A stretch of 64,000 nt of DNA from NCBI RefSeq assembly GCF_009914755.1, contig NC_060940.1; one strand, 5' to 3'. The position numbers were made by a program, and so were the translations under genes. Under the pieces are notes generated by a model. It ran no database searches, was not told where the DNA came from, and was given only the letters and a program-made list of their open reading frames with translations. The stretch is from the human T2T-CHM13v2.0 reference genome, Homo sapiens. Shown piece after piece: positions 1-14,070 of this stretch (positions are counted from its first letter, which is position 1; each line of letters begins with the position of its first letter).

Positions 1-321
1 CTTTTAGGCGATTACCAAGGTATTTCCATTGACTAAATTGTCCCAAATTATTCAAGTCATCACTGAAGTATGGCAAATGTTGAACCACAAACTGATTAAA
101 AATTAGTTGAAAAAAAGGGAAGAGTGTAAATATCATAGTGGAGTCTTAAACAATATCATGTATTATGTGGATTAAGTATTTTACTCTAATTATGTAGGCA
201 CTATGTAGAAAGCATATAAAAATCTAATCTTTGAGAATATATTATTTAACTCATATAGTGTTAAATTACTTTGTATTTTTTCCTAATGATATTAATTGGC
301 TTTAAGAAAATAAAGGCAACG

Positions 322-685
<364 letters not shown>

Positions 686-1359
686 TTATTATAATTAAAC
701 ACAGCCAAGATTCCTGATGTATAGGATATTTATAGAGAGGTGATGTGTGTGTGTATGTGTCTGTGTGTAGTAGTCATATAAAATTGAAATACATTATTAT
801 TTTTTACTCAAAATGATTTAAAATTGTTATAATTGTATCTATAATAAATAAATATATTCCATTAGTATGTCATACTCATCTGGGTATGGTTTGCTGTAAG
901 TTTCAAATGTTGTGCACTCAAAATATTAATAAAGCCCATTTTTAAAGAAAATTTAAAAGAAGCAATGTAATAAAGAATCTTTGAATTATCCATTATACAT
1001 TTACTTTTGGAATGTATTCATCTTTATGCACTTAATCATTTGGGAAGCAATTTGTCTATTAATGGCCTTATGATAATTTAATATAAATTCAATTTATATA
1101 AAATGTGTTCAATGTCAATTGCTACTAGATTAAATATGTGATTTGAATAGGAATTAAACATTCACAGTTACAAACATTGTAAAGATAATGGTCTCCCTGA
1201 TATGATCATTTCTCTTCATCACCAATCTTTTTTTTCAAGGTTTTATTCTTATTAAAATTTTCTAAAGAATTAGCTACATTCATTGACACCTCTGACTATT
1301 TTTAAGATGGATAAACAGTTTGTGATAGATATATTATTTATATTAAAAAATAAAGTAAA

Positions 1360-1471
1360 GCCTGGCTCACATTTGTAATCGCAGCACTTTGAGAGGCCGA
1401 GGCAGGTGGATTGCTTGAGCCCAGGAGTTCAAGATCAGCCTGAGCAACAAAGGGAGACCCCATCTCTACAA

Positions 1472-1510
<39 letters not shown>

Positions 1511-1683
1511 CCAGGCCTGTTGGCATGCACCTGTGGTCCCAGCTGCACAGGAGGCTAAGGTGGGAGGATTGCTTGAGCCCAGAAGGTTGAGGCTATAGTG
1601 AGCTGTGTTCATGTCACTGTACTCCAACCTGGGTGACAGAGAGAGACCATGGCTCAAATAAATAAATAAATAAAATATAATAA
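1360..1683 (+). mobile_element. AluJ with (AAT)n expansion in the linker
   Basis: J-type ggattgcttgagcccagg in both arms; (AAT)n at about 1471-1510; TSD taa(a/g)aaataaagt at 1344-1356 and 1684-1696. Confidence 0.9.
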
Positions 1684-2110
1684 TAAGAAATAAAGTTAGA
1701 TGTATCTAGCTTTGTGAATCCTCAAGCTGCTTGAATATGTGAAGATGATTTTGGAGTGTCTGGACTCTGCTGGATTAACCGACTGGACTTGATGTTCATG
1801 TCAGTATAGCATGAGAGGGAGTTAGGCCGTATATGGTTTGGTGAAAGTGGACCAAGACATGCAAGAGACAGAAGTTCTGTTTAAAAGTTTTGCTTTTAAA
1901 AAAAGTAGACCAAACATGTCAAACCTTTCAGAAAGTTTTCCCCAATTAACCAATTTCTCAATCCTCAGTACCCCTTTACTCTACAATCATACTCTATTTT
2001 ATGTATCACTTAAAACTGAAAGCCTTCTTGATTCTCTTATTCTCATATGCGTGCTCTTCAATCAAATTAGAAAGCCTATGAACATGAACTATGTCTTTAT
2101 GATGCATTGA

Positions 2111-2711
2111 TGTTTTTCTCATGGACAAATAGAGGCCCTACATTTTATGATGGGACCTGTTGATGAGGGAGGGCATAAGCGGATTGGTGAATGAATGGAA
2201 ACCAGGAGTTGTTTGGGTACACAGTCTTCATCTGCCTTCTCAGATTCCCCCAACTGTCCATCTTTCTCTCTTTCTTGGCTCTCATCTCTTCTATGCCAGG
2301 CTTTTGGAACCAGGTGAATCTCACACTTCAGGGTATGAAATTTGGTTTTCTATGTGTCTTTCACGTGGTTTGGAGGGAATTAGCTGGCCAATAGGTGAAA
2401 ATTAACCCCACACGAAATGGGAGACAGGAGGGAGCCAGGTGAGTAAATTCCCCTTTTCTCCTCCCCAGGATGAGATTCCTTCTTGGAACATTTTTGTAGA
2501 ATGCTCAAGTGCTGAGTGAGCATTCCTGTGACCGGCTGTGCCACTTTATGGAACAGCATGAAGCAATAGCTGTCGTATTGCGCAGCATCTTCCTTAACCT
2601 CCCTTTCTTTTCCCCTCACTTTCCTCTGCTGTAGGCTGTACCACCTAAGTAAAATTTTAGCAGAAGATCCTTTCCTTAGGCCCTGTTTTCTAAAGTTCCT
2701 GGGCTAAGACT
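2111..2711 (+). mobile_element. Old ERVL-class LTR (5' boundary approximate)
   Basis: Ends ...ccctgttttctaaagttcctgggctaagac, like ERVL LTR 3' ends, and is followed directly by ERVL-internal-like sequence. Confidence 0.55.
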
Positions 2712-3175
2712 ATTTGTAATGGAAGTATTTTAAAGATGCATATCCTCAAGACGGGTTTTAGGATTCAGACAGTCACTCAAATGAAAGTAATCATTGTTGG
2801 TCCCTGTGACTGGTGAGTAGGGTGGTAATGATCCCTAGCATGCAGTGGCTGGGTTTACTTAGAAGGAAGTACTAGCTCACAGCAGTGCCCTCAGAGACTG
2901 AGCAAGTCTCGCTGTACACTAGGATAATGGAATAGGATGGCTTCTGATGGAACTTACAAAAATAGATGACAATTTCAGGACAGTCAACTGCCAATTTAAG
3001 ACATGTTTTGAAAGCCAGTGGGCCTCAATTACAGCCTTGAGGGAGACTTGCCTGTACCCTCAAAGAACAATGTGTTAAGAATCAGGCTTAGGTTCTGAAT
3101 ATAAAGATGACAAAGTTGCCAGAAAATCTAAATGTACAACCCCAGTAGATCTCCTGTGTCAAAAGAGAGTCTTGA

Positions 3176-3176
<1 letters not shown>

Positions 3177-3206
<30 letters not shown>
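3177..3206 (+). repeat. A30 homopolymer
   Basis: 30 consecutive A inside the ERVL fragment, no TSD. Confidence 0.95.
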
Positions 3207-3208
<2 letters not shown>

Positions 3209-3590
3209 ATGGTCCTTCAGACTTAATTGGGGATATATGGTTGGCTAAACACAAGACCCCTTGATTTTCAAAGTTCCCTTCAAAGTATCCCTCCTTGCCA
3301 GAGGATATTGGCTTCCCTTGCTTGCTTGGAGACCATGTGAAGCCCTTACTGAAAAATAAAAAGCAGGTCTCTTGCAGGATAAAACTTGCTCTGTCCCCAC
3401 TGGCCTTCATTGCTTCCAAGTCAATAACCAAGGTCAGTTCTCAACAAGGAGGCAAGAGCCTTGCATTCAGGAAAAAAAAAAAAAAAACAGCCAACAAAGC
3501 AAAATGGATTGAAGACCTTAAAAATACATATCAACAAGAATAGGGATGCCTGAGTAGGGGTGAATTTTGAGGGTTTTGTACTGCTGCTCC

Positions 3591-3591
3591 T

Positions 3592-3629
<38 letters not shown>
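3591..3629. repeat. (TG)n microsatellite
   Basis: Seen directly. Confidence 0.95.
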
Positions 3630-3630
<1 letters not shown>

Positions 3631-3800
3631 AGATATAAAACCAAATATGGCATGATTCATTGACATGAGCACACTCTGCCATAATTCAAGAGTAAACATT
3701 TTAGTAACAACACCTGGAACTGATCCTAATAGTTTTCTTTGATGGTTCCATGGAGCAGATCAAACAAATAATCTACCGAATAAATGAAGTGAAAATAAAT

Positions 3801-3865
3801 ACTAGTAAATTAGGTTTTAAGGAGCATGTCACAAAACCAATTGTCTCTAAGACCTCTGACAGGCT
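3801..3865 (+). repeat. 65-bp dispersed direct duplication, copy 1
   Basis: 63/65 identical to 4819-4883. Confidence 0.97.
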
Positions 3866-4100
3866 TTGTATAATAAGGGAAGAAAAAAATTGGAAGAGTC
3901 TCGGAGGCGGGCAGGTTCATTTTTGATGTACAATCTGAAACTCCATAACTTGGTATAACTGACCTGCTTTACCCTGAGAAGCTCTCTTCTTTTGAATTAT
4001 TTGAAAACTAAAACAAGCAAAATATGACCAGCCAGTTTCCTCCAAAATGCACATAGTAGTGGTGTAGTAGATACATTAAATACTCTTTTGATGATTTATC

Positions 4101-4401
<301 letters not shown>

Positions 4402-4818
4402 TGATTTATCTTTTTTATTTTGCACTTGAAAGGTTGATAATTCTGAATTTGATGGTGACATCATATAGAGATGAGCTGTGAAAGAAATAAGATTGAGACC
4501 AACAAGACCTGTAAGTCAATGGTAAATTATTGGCAAATGTATTGAAAATTTTAAAATAAGTTATAAAGTTAGAATATGTAAGTAATTGATTTTCTTAAGG
4601 TGAGTTCTGTAATTAAGAGTCTTTATATCTGAATTCAAGTGTTGGTTCTGTCATTAAAAAATTAAAGTCATTTGAGGCAAATTGATTTACTCAACTTACT
4701 TGCTAAATAAGTTATGATTAAACTATTTAATAAACTTTTTGATAGGTTCTATACAGCATTTGTGAACTATGATTCATGTTGAAATTATTTGTGTGAGTTG
4801 AAAATGTCACCAACAGTC

Positions 4819-4883
4819 ACTAGTAAATTAGGTTTTAAGGAGCATGTCACAAAACCAAATGTCTCTAAGTCCTCTGACAGGCT
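4819..4883 (+). repeat. 65-bp dispersed direct duplication, copy 2
   Basis: 63/65 identical to 3801-3865. Confidence 0.97.
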
Positions 4884-5111
4884 AAGGCGACATACTTCTC
4901 TAAGTAAATTTACGAAACTAACTTTTAAAATGTGTTTTTAAATGCTAGATCTGTAGATTGAATCAATGAGGACTTTTATTAACAAATCTCAGTTATTTCT
5001 CAAGAACAACTGGTTACCTTTCTGGCTATCATTAATCTACTAAAAATAGCTGCCATCAAAATCTACTTCCATTAATGTAGAAGAGATATCATATGCTCTT
5101 TAATAATCTTT

Positions 5112-5333
5112 ATATATATATATTTTATTATACTGTAAGTTCTAGGGCACATGTGCACAATGTGCAGGTTTGTTACATATATACATGTGCCATGTTGGTG
5201 TGCTGCACCCATTAACTCATCATTTACATTAGGTATATCTCTTAATGCTACCCCTCCCCCGACCCCACAACAGGCCCCAGTGTGTGATGTTCCCCTTCCT
5301 GTGTCCAAGTGTTCTCATTGTTCAATTCCCACC
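5112..5333 (-). mobile_element. Short 5'-truncated L1PA (about PA5-6), 3' UTR only
   Basis: L1PA 3' UTR sequence; TSD ataatcttt at 5103-5111 and 5334-5342. Confidence 0.9.
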
Positions 5334-6775
5334 ATAATCTTTCAATAAAATGATTTACTTCGAATTTAACCAACTATCCCATAAATTATGTAATACACCG
5401 GAGCACCAGTATTGTCTAATAGTTTTAGATAGCCCAGTATTTATTTAACCAAGTATATATGTCTACTTTATACAGCTATAGATTAAAATATTTAAGAATA
5501 TCACTGTCATCCACTAAAATGAAAAATGAAGTTCTTATTGTTTCCAAGAATAAAATACAGTCAATATGCATCTCTGCATGAAGTGATCAATTAGTTCCTG
5601 AATTGTGCCTCAATACTTACAAATACACACACAATTACATGTGTATCAATGTTGACAGATTTGTAAAAAATAGTTCTAGATTTATTTAGATTAATGCAAC
5701 TCATTTCAGTGATTGACATTCTATACATTAATGTGAAATTATTTCAATATTTGCATTATTTAATTATATTTTACTGAAAGTATTTTCATTAAGACTTACT
5801 CTTTTTCTGTAGTTACACAACAAACTTGATTCCTAATGGAGAAATTTTTATTTATATCAATTTTATTGATTATCATTACTTGCCTTGCAAGTTTCTTTGT
5901 GGTGGCCTTAATCCAATTCAAATTATCTAGGGCCACATTTTGCAGTTCTATTGTTTTCCTGTATTTCCAATCTTGTGTGGCCACTATATCATATATTCCT
6001 ATGCATCATGGATCCAACGATCTGTTCCCACCTTTATTTTCAAATGTGCTGATTGAGGACAAGTAGAAGTTTGCAGTTATGTAGGATTTTTAACATACCA
6101 GTGATTATTTTTATACACTGATAATTATGCTGCCTTCTGTGGAAGTGATTCATATGACCCCATGATGCTGCCTGAAATGTTTTGATTGGAGGCCAGGAAA
6201 CCATGATGAGGTCAGTTTTGGGATCAGAAAGAAGAGAATAAAAATAGAGAATGTTCTTTTCCTAAAATTTCAAATTCATTTCTAACACTTGATCTGCTTT
6301 TAATCTGGCTGAAATTATACTGAAGATCTAACAATAATTTATACCATTATTTCTGGGAAAATAGGTTATAAATGTCCAGGATAAAATTAAGTTATTTTTA
6401 AAACAATCTATTTGTTGTTTAAACTTACCTCTTATAAAATACTTTTCATTAGTAGGTCTCTTATCTATTTGGACTGCTATAACAAAATACCTGTACTGGG
6501 TAAGAAAACAAGACACTTACTGTTTACAGTACAGGAGGCTATGAAGTTCAGATTAAGGTGCCAGAAGCTGCGCCTGGTAAGGGCTTGCTCTATGTTTTCA
6601 TATATGGCACCTTCTTGCCACATCCTCATGTGGTGGAAAGGATGATCAAGCATCCTTGGGTCTCATTTTTCAATGTTTTTAAAAAATTTTAAAAGTATTT
6701 TTTGATACATTCCATCTATACATATTTATGGGGTACATGTGAAATTTTGTTTCATGCATAGAATGTTTAATACTC

Positions 6776-7896
6776 TTTTTATTATTATTACTATTATACT
6801 TTAAGTTTTAGGGTACATGTGCACAATGTGCAGGTTTGTTACATATGTATACATGTGCCATGTTGGTGTGCTGCACCCATCAACTCCTCATTTAGCATTA
6901 GGTATATCTCCCAGTGCTATCCCTCCCCACTCCCCACCACCCCACAACAGTCCCCAGAGTGTGATGTTCCCCTTCCTGTGTCCATGTGTTGTCATGGTTC
7001 AATTCCCACCTATGAGTGAGAACATGCAGTGTTTGGTTTTTTGTCCTTGCAATAGTTTGCTGAGAATGATGGTTTCCAGCTTCATCCATGTCCCTACAAA
7101 GGACGTGAACTCATCATTTTTTATGGCTGCATAGTATTCCATGGTGTATATGTGCCACATTTTCTTAATCCAGTCTATCATTGTTGGACATTGGGGTTGG
7201 TTCCAAGTCTTTGCTATTGTGAATAGTGCCGCAATAAACATATGTGTGCATGTGTCTTTATAGCAGCATGATTTATAATCCTTTGGGTATATACCCAGTA
7301 ATGGGATGGCTGGGTCAAATGGTATTTCTAGTTCTAGATCCCTGAGGAATCGCCACACCGACTTCCACAATGGTTGAACTAGTTTACAGTCCCACCAACA
7401 GTGTAAAAGTGTTCCTGTTTCTCCACATCCTCTCCAGCACCTGTTTTTTCCTGACTTTTTAATGATCACCATTCTAACTGGTGTGAGATGGTATCTCATT
7501 GTGGTTTTGATTTGCATTTCTCTGATGGCCAGTGATGATGAGCATTTTTTCATGTGTCTTTTGGCTGCATAAATGTCTTCTTTTGAGAAGTGTCTGTTCA
7601 TATCCTTCACCCACTTTTTGATGGGGTTGTTTGTTTTTTTTCTTGTAAATTTGTTTGAGTTCATTGTAGATTCTGGATATTAGCCCTTTGCTAATATTCA
7701 GAATGATATCAGATAAGTAGGTTGCAAAAATTTTCTCCCATTCTGTAGGTTGCCTGTTCACTCTGATGGTGGTTTCTTTTGCTGTGCAGAAGCTCTTTAG
7801 TTTAATTAGATCCCATTTGTCAATTTTGGCTTTTATTGCCATTGCTTTTGGTGTTTTAGACATGAAGTCCTTGCCCATGCCTATGGCCTGAATGGT
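6776..7896 (-). mobile_element. L1PA4-like, 5'-truncated (about 1.1 kb)
   Basis: 3' UTR plus ORF2 C-terminus (ORFs 6999-7664 and 7474-7878, frameshifted at an A run); no real TSD. Confidence 0.93.
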
Positions 7897-8535
7897 AAGT
7901 CAGTGTATTTAGGGTATCATCACCTAAGAGTTTATCATTTCTATGTGTTGGGTACATTTCAAGTACTTTCTTCCAGTTAGTTTGAAAATGCAATACATTG
8001 TTGTTAACTATTGTCACCTTACTCTGCTATCAAACATTAGAACCCTTTTTTTTATCTAACTGTATGCTTGTACCCTTTAACTAATCTCTTTTCACCTCCC
8101 CTTTCCCATACATCTTTCTCAGTCTCTGGTATTCATTATTTTACTCCCTACTTTCATTCAGGATGTTAGTGCCCTGACAGATGAGTAGTTTACAAATATT
8201 TTTCCCTATTCAGTAGTTTTTTTTTTAATTCTGTTGTTTCTTTTGCTGTAGAAGCATTTTAGTTTAATATAGTCCCACTTGTGTATTTTTGTTTTGGTTG
8301 ACTGTACTTTGGAGGTCTTAGTCATAAAATCTTTGCCTAGATCAATGTTCTAGAGAGTTTTATCTATATTTTCTTCTAGTAGTTTAATATTTTTGGGTCT
8401 TATTTAAAGTCTTTATTCCATTTTGAGTTGATTTTTGTATAACGTGAGAGATACGGGTGCAATTTCATTCTTCTGTATGTGGCTATCCAGTTTTCCCAGG
8501 ACCATTTGTTGAAGAGGGTGTCCTTGACCCACGTA

Positions 8536-8987
8536 TGTAGGAGATCAGTCAGGGTGGTAGGAGAAATTATAGGAAAAGGATGCAAACCTTCTCAGAAGGC
8601 CAGAGGTTTGCATAGCTTCAGAAGAGGGTTTGGCTAAAGGCAGCTGAATTCTCTCAGAGTAGATAACAAGGAAGTGTAAGGGAATTGATCTAGATAAGTT
8701 AGTTTACTTAGGCCTCTGAACCTGGCCTTTAACCATCTGCGAGCGCAGGGTGGGCACCATGTGAATTGCCCACAAGTGGGTTGACTCAAGGCCTTTGTCA
8801 TTAAATCTGTGATGAATACATGCTCTCAGCGGCAGCTTGTTAGGGCTGCTGCTGCTGACTCTTTACAGGACCATCCTTGGTGTCTGTGAGCCGCCCAGTT
8901 CCCTAGCCTGCTCTTTCACTGGATACCTGTGTCTGAGTGCATTTGTTCATCCATCCTTCAGCCAGGGTCTGTGGGTCGGACCCGGCA
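8536..8987 (+). mobile_element. LTR22-type solo LTR (HERV-K HML-5)
   Basis: TG...CA termini, start tgtaggagatcagtcagggtgg, end gggtcggacccggca; 6-bp TSD cacgta/cgtgta. Confidence 0.8.
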
Positions 8988-9664
8988 CGTGTATGGTCTT
9001 GGCAGCTCTGTCAAAGGTCAGTTGCCTGTAAATGCATTGCTTTATTCCTGGGTTCTCCATTTTGTTTCATTAGTCTGTTTTTATACCAATACTTTGCTGT
9101 TTAGGTTACTATAGCCTTATAATATATTTTGAAGTCAAGTAATGTGATACCTCCAGTTTTGCTCCTTTTAGAATTTTTTTCTAATTATGTGAAAAATGAT
9201 GTTGGTATTTTGATAGTGACTGCATTGAATCTGTAGATTGCTTTGGGTAGTGTCATTTTAACAATACTAATTCTGATCCAGGAACATAGGATATATGTTT
9301 CATTTGTTAGGGTCCTCTTCAGTTTTTTTAATCAGTGTTTTATAGTTTTCCTTGTAGAAACCTCTCATCTTTTTGGTTAAATTTATGCCTAGGTATTTTT
9401 ATTTTGTGGATATTGAAAAAAGGCTTGCCTTGGGCCTCTTTCATGAGAGTAGAGCCCTGAGGACTTAGTCACCATCTAAAGGCCTTACCTCTTAATAAGA
9501 TTGCATTGAGGATTAGGTTCCTACGTATGAATGTGATGGAAGCACAATCATTCAGACCAAAGCAATAGGTTGTATTGTAATCAGAGGTATAAAGAGGTCT
9601 AGCTGACTAAACAAATTGGGTTTTGTGCAGGATGACAGTACCTCTGTGGCCACTCAGGATTCTC

Positions 9665-9905
9665 ATTTATTCATTCAATCAATTAGTCAACACTTATTCA
9701 TTGAGATACCAGATAGCAGGAATGCAGTTGTCTGCAAGACAGATATCTGTCTTGACTTCATGGGTCTTACAATGTAAATGAGACAGGCAATAGTGTGACA
9801 AATTGTAAGACTCAGAAGTCCATATACTCTGGAGTATATGATGCAGGCTTGGGGGAGTCTCAGCCTCATACAGGATGTGATTCTAACTTGAAATAGAAAA
9901 TGAAT
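9665..9905 (-). mobile_element. L2 3' fragment
   Basis: attcattca...caacacttatt tail followed by an L2-like body. Confidence 0.5.
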
Positions 9906-11199
9906 CTAGGCTGCTTTAGGTCCTAGCTTAGAGCCGTCTTGTCCCAGACAATTCTAGAACTGCTCCGTAGGTTTATCATTCTCTTGGGTCTGACCAGCAA
10001 TCACAGGGACACAGATATCTGATATGTAAAATAAAATTCCAAGTAAATTATTTATTATGAGGAATCAAAATTTTAGTAGGCAGACTTAAGCTGTTCACTC
10101 TCAAGGGCATCCTTTTACTGCCAGCGGGCTTAACGGTAAACTCAATTTTTAATTACATGGGCAATTGAATCATTTTTGTTACAAAGTTTAATAAAGTCAT
10201 GCTGAACTCTGTAAAAAATCATCCAGGTCTCAGATTAGACTGTATATCTTTTCATATAAGTTCGTGCACCCCTCTTTTAGTTTTCCTCTCTTCTGGGTAG
10301 TTCAGGGTATGTTTCATCATTCCCCAATTTTAAAGCAGTCTATCACCCTAAGTATGTTTAACTATCCTTTCTTCTTGAATGCCGCAATTCACTAAGATGG
10401 CCTTCAACCATATTCAACTTGCACACTAACACATTGTCTCAATCATATCACTAGCCACCATAAACATGAGAGGAATCATAAATAAAAACTTGGTTCAAAT
10501 CTCTGTTCTGCCACACATTTACTGTGTGACATTATCAAAAGTCAGAAACCTATTTAAATGGGGGAATCATTACAACCACACAAGATGCTTAACAGGATTG
10601 CTATTAAAAAGTAAAAAGTTTCAATATTAACATCCAGCATAGAGCAGACCAGGAAACATATGACACCAATTATTACTTTGTTGCTACTGCCAGTCCTTTC
10701 TTATTCTTACTTCCACCAAACTACTAATTTCCTCATTCACAATGTGTTAATTTTCTACACATCAGGCTGTCAGTGAGAAACCTGTTTCCAACATCTAGGG
10801 GAACCTTACATTGAATGGATGTATAAATTATGGGTGGTTATTTAAAGCAAGAAGTAGGTATCAGTAAAAGTATATGATCATTTTTGGACAAAGAATGGTA
10901 GACAATAGAAAATTTAAAAAGTGGGATAAGAGAAAATATAATTGTCAGGAAGTAAAGCTTGTAAGTGGTAGGATAACGAGTAAGGTGAGAAAAGAATGAA
11001 GGAACAAAAATCAGTGTTTTATTCAGATAACTGTTTCATTTATTTAAGCAACTTTTAAACCCCAAATATCTTTCTAGGAAGACTCTGATTTAAGTACATT
11101 TAAAATGTACTCTTTTAAGTAGGCCTGTGTTGGGTTTCTCTCTCTCTCCAGAGAGAAAAGAGAGAAAGAGAGAGAAGGAGGAGGAGAGAATAAAGCAAC

Positions 11200-11368
11200 A
11201 ACCCACTCCTGATTTGTAACTTTCGCCCATATCCATGGTGTAAACATTCCCACCATAGTCAATTTCAAGCTACTACCTGACGATCACTGAATGAAGAATT
11301 GAAAAAAAATAATTCACAGAGTTGACTTTCATGTGAGCTGGTACAAGCTGGCTCAAGAATACCTCTGC
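11200..11368 (-). mobile_element. MER63-like hAT DNA transposon relic
   Basis: ccatggtgtaaacattcccaccat...tttcaagctac...gagctggtacaagctggctc resembles the recalled MER63A consensus. Confidence 0.65.
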
Positions 11369-12759
11369 TTTTAAACCTTGTCAAAAGAAGAAAACGAATG
11401 CCAATAGCATTGTATTTGTAATGGTGACCACAGAATGGGTCTTAATACACATGCAAGGAGTCTAAGTGGGCCCAGCACATGTTGTGTTATGGACTCTTTA
11501 TGGGCTCTAAGCCTGCATGTTAGGGATTTCTCATTTCCTTCTGAGTTCCATGCATGGCTTGAATTACAGTTAATTGTGACCATAAAAACCATTAATCATT
11601 TGGCAAAGGCTACTTGGTTGTGTGGAGAAATCAGGAGAATAGATTAACACATTAGGCAGGTAATAATGGTTTTTCCATCATAAAAATTTTATTAGAAATA
11701 GCAAAACATAGCATATAACTATCAACTCTTATTATTTATATCAACATTAAGCCAATTTTAAAAGAGTACAAGCATAGAGGTCCAATTCAGCTGCGACTTA
11801 GCCTCCATCTCATTAACCCATAAATGTTACTGTTATTTCTCCTAAATCTAACATTTTTCCCCTTTGATAGACTTTAAAGAGATTTCTCTTCCCTCCTGGT
11901 GGTGCTTTGAGCATCAGAAAACCAAGGCCTTGACATTTATATGTGTTTTTCTGATTTAGCCACTTAACAGGTTTTTTTTTTTTTCCTGTTGTAAGTTTCC
12001 TCAATGCCTATTCTAAACACATCTTTGGGAGGACCTTCCGATGTGTGGAAGCCAGCAGAGGTGATGAGGCTGGTCCTGCAAGTGAATACTGAAATAACAA
12101 GCACATAGCTCTGATGAGGCAAATACAAATCACCCCTTTCATCTATCATCAAGGCAGTGGTAAAAGGCTGGGCCTGCTTAGCTTGATCAATGAGCCTGTA
12201 TTCTGCTACAAGGCACAGAAGAATGGACAACGGGGATGCCGAGGTGCTTTACTCCCCTGATGCATCAAGTTGGTTCCCTGAAGGTGCTAAACAGCCTCAG
12301 CCAGACTCACTAAGAAGCATTTTTTGAAGACATTCCAGCATAGAAATTGTGCTTCCCATCACAGAGATACTAGTTAGCTGTCCTCTAGAGGTGGTGTTGA
12401 AAGGTTAAAAGAACATTATCAATTCTTTCAGAAGTCAAACACTTTTTTAGATAAACATGGAAGGGTCAGTGGATTCCCCAGAACATTTATGCCATTAGAG
12501 GCATAGAGAGCTGTCGAACCAGGCGCCAGTTTGAAGTAATTGCAGAGAGCTGGTGGTGAGGTTGGCAACCACCATAAGCCACCTTTGGAGGCACAGGTAA
12601 TCCTTGGGAGGGAGTTCATCGTGGCCCAGATATCTTGTGCCACAGTTGTGATGTTTTCCTCCGTGTAAAAGGCATCAACTCTTGTTTACTCTTTAACATC
12701 CAAAGGGAACATGGAAAATGCTGCTTTTTTCTTTCATCACAGTATTTCACTTTTCCCTT

Positions 12760-13480
12760 CAGTTTTATTGAGCTATGATTGAGAACTAAAATTTGTATGT
12801 ATCTAAGGTATACATTTTTTTTTTTTTTGACACAAGGTCTTGCTTTGTTCCCTAGGTTGGAGTGCAGTGGTATGATTGTGGCTCCCTGCAGCCTCAACCT
12901 CCTGTGCTCAAGCGATCCTCCCACCACAGCCTCCTGAGTCCTGAGTAGCTGGGACTACAGGTGTGCACCACCATGTCCAGTGAAATTTTTTTTTTATGTT
13001 TTGTAGAGATCGGATCTTGCTTTTTTGCCCACGCTGGCCTCCAACTCCTGGCTTTAAGCAATCTTCCTGCCTTGGGTTCCCAAAGTGCTGGGATTACAGG
13101 TGTGAGCCACTATGCCTGGCCACAATGTGATGCTTTGATGTACATACACGTTGTGAAATGATTACCACAATCAATACCACAATCACTAATGAGTGTATCC
13201 ATCCTTCACATGGTTGCCATTTTATGTTTTTGTAGTGAAAACATTTGAGTTGTATAAGATACATCATTCAGGAATAAAATACATCATTATTAACTGTAGT
13301 CATCATGCTGTACATTAGATCTCCAGAACTTACTCATCTTATTACTGAAAGTTTGTACCCTTTGACCAACATCTCTCCATTTTCCCCCGCCCACCACCCC
13401 CTCCCCATCCCCTGGTAGCCACTCTTCTCCATTCCTTTGGGTTTGGCTTTTTTACATTCCACATATAAATACCATCATGC
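12760..13480 (-). mobile_element. L1MA (about MA7-9) 3' end interrupted by AluJ
   Basis: ttttattgag...catgctgtacattagatctccagaacttactcatctt. Confidence 0.75.
12815..13121 (-). mobile_element. AluJ
   Basis: gcagcctcaacctcctgtgctcaagcgatcctccc; poly-T at the left end. Confidence 0.9.
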
Positions 13481-13965
13481 TTTTTCTTAAGCCTACATAA
13501 AATCGATTTAAACTTAGGAATTCTGGAAGTTACCTAAAACTTACTGTAGAGACTCAGCTCAATCAGCAATCAAAGCGGTTGACTTAGGTACTTGAACTCT
13601 GAGCTGTAGGAATTAGTGCTTCAATATCCTAATGAGCTTTCAGCCTTCTCTAGGGTTCAGGTTTAGACGTGAAAGAACCTAGCACTTTAAAAAAGAATGC
13701 TTATATATAACATATTCGGAAAGAATTATTATCACTTACGTCACACTCTTATTTTCAGGTGCTTTGCTTAGAAATCAAAATTCATCATCTTATTTACTAC
13801 TCACTATTACAATGAGACAGGTGCCATATGCCCAAATTAAATGTGGGAAAACTCAGTTATAGAGTGAATATATATTGTTCCCAAGGATTTATAGTTAGGA
13901 AGTAACTTAAACTCGATGATTTGAGACTCCTAAGAGACTAATGGTTTACTACCTGTGGCACTGAA

Positions 13966-14006
<41 letters not shown>

Positions 14007-14070
14007 ATATATATGTGTATATATATATATGTGTGTGTATATATATGTATATATATGTATATATATATAT
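13966..14070. repeat. Compound (TG)n/(TA)n microsatellite
   Basis: Seen directly. Confidence 0.95.

Larger units (their letters stand above)
2712..3800 (+). mobile_element. Degraded ERVL-type internal (leader/gag) fragment
   Basis: Resembles recalled ERVL-E/ERV3-16A3 internal start (tcctcaagacgggttttaggattc) and gag-like segments; no intact ORF. Confidence 0.5.
6669..9427 (-). mobile_element. L1MA (about MA2-3) 3' fragment, itself interrupted by L1PA and LTR22
   Basis: L1MA 3' end tttatggggtacatgtga...; degenerate TSD ccttggg(t/c)ctc(a/t)tt at about 6654-6667 and 9428-9441; ORF2 C-terminal remnant (8400-8585, [10 protein letters not shown]). Confidence 0.8.
6457..9564 (-). mobile_element. 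MaLR solo LTR (MST/MLT1A type) split into 6457-6668 and 9428-9564 by a nested L1
   Basis: ctgctataacaaaatacc ... cattcagaccaaagca; 5-bp TSD (g/a)tagg at 6452-6456 and 9565-9569. Confidence 0.8.

Noticed and set aside
3177-3206. Orphan A30 as a retroposed tail
   Set aside because: No TSD; better explained as homopolymer expansion within the ERVL relic
12056-12120. gtgatga...ctga box C/D-like or hammerhead-like motifs
   Set aside because: Too short, no proper terminal stem or ribozyme helices
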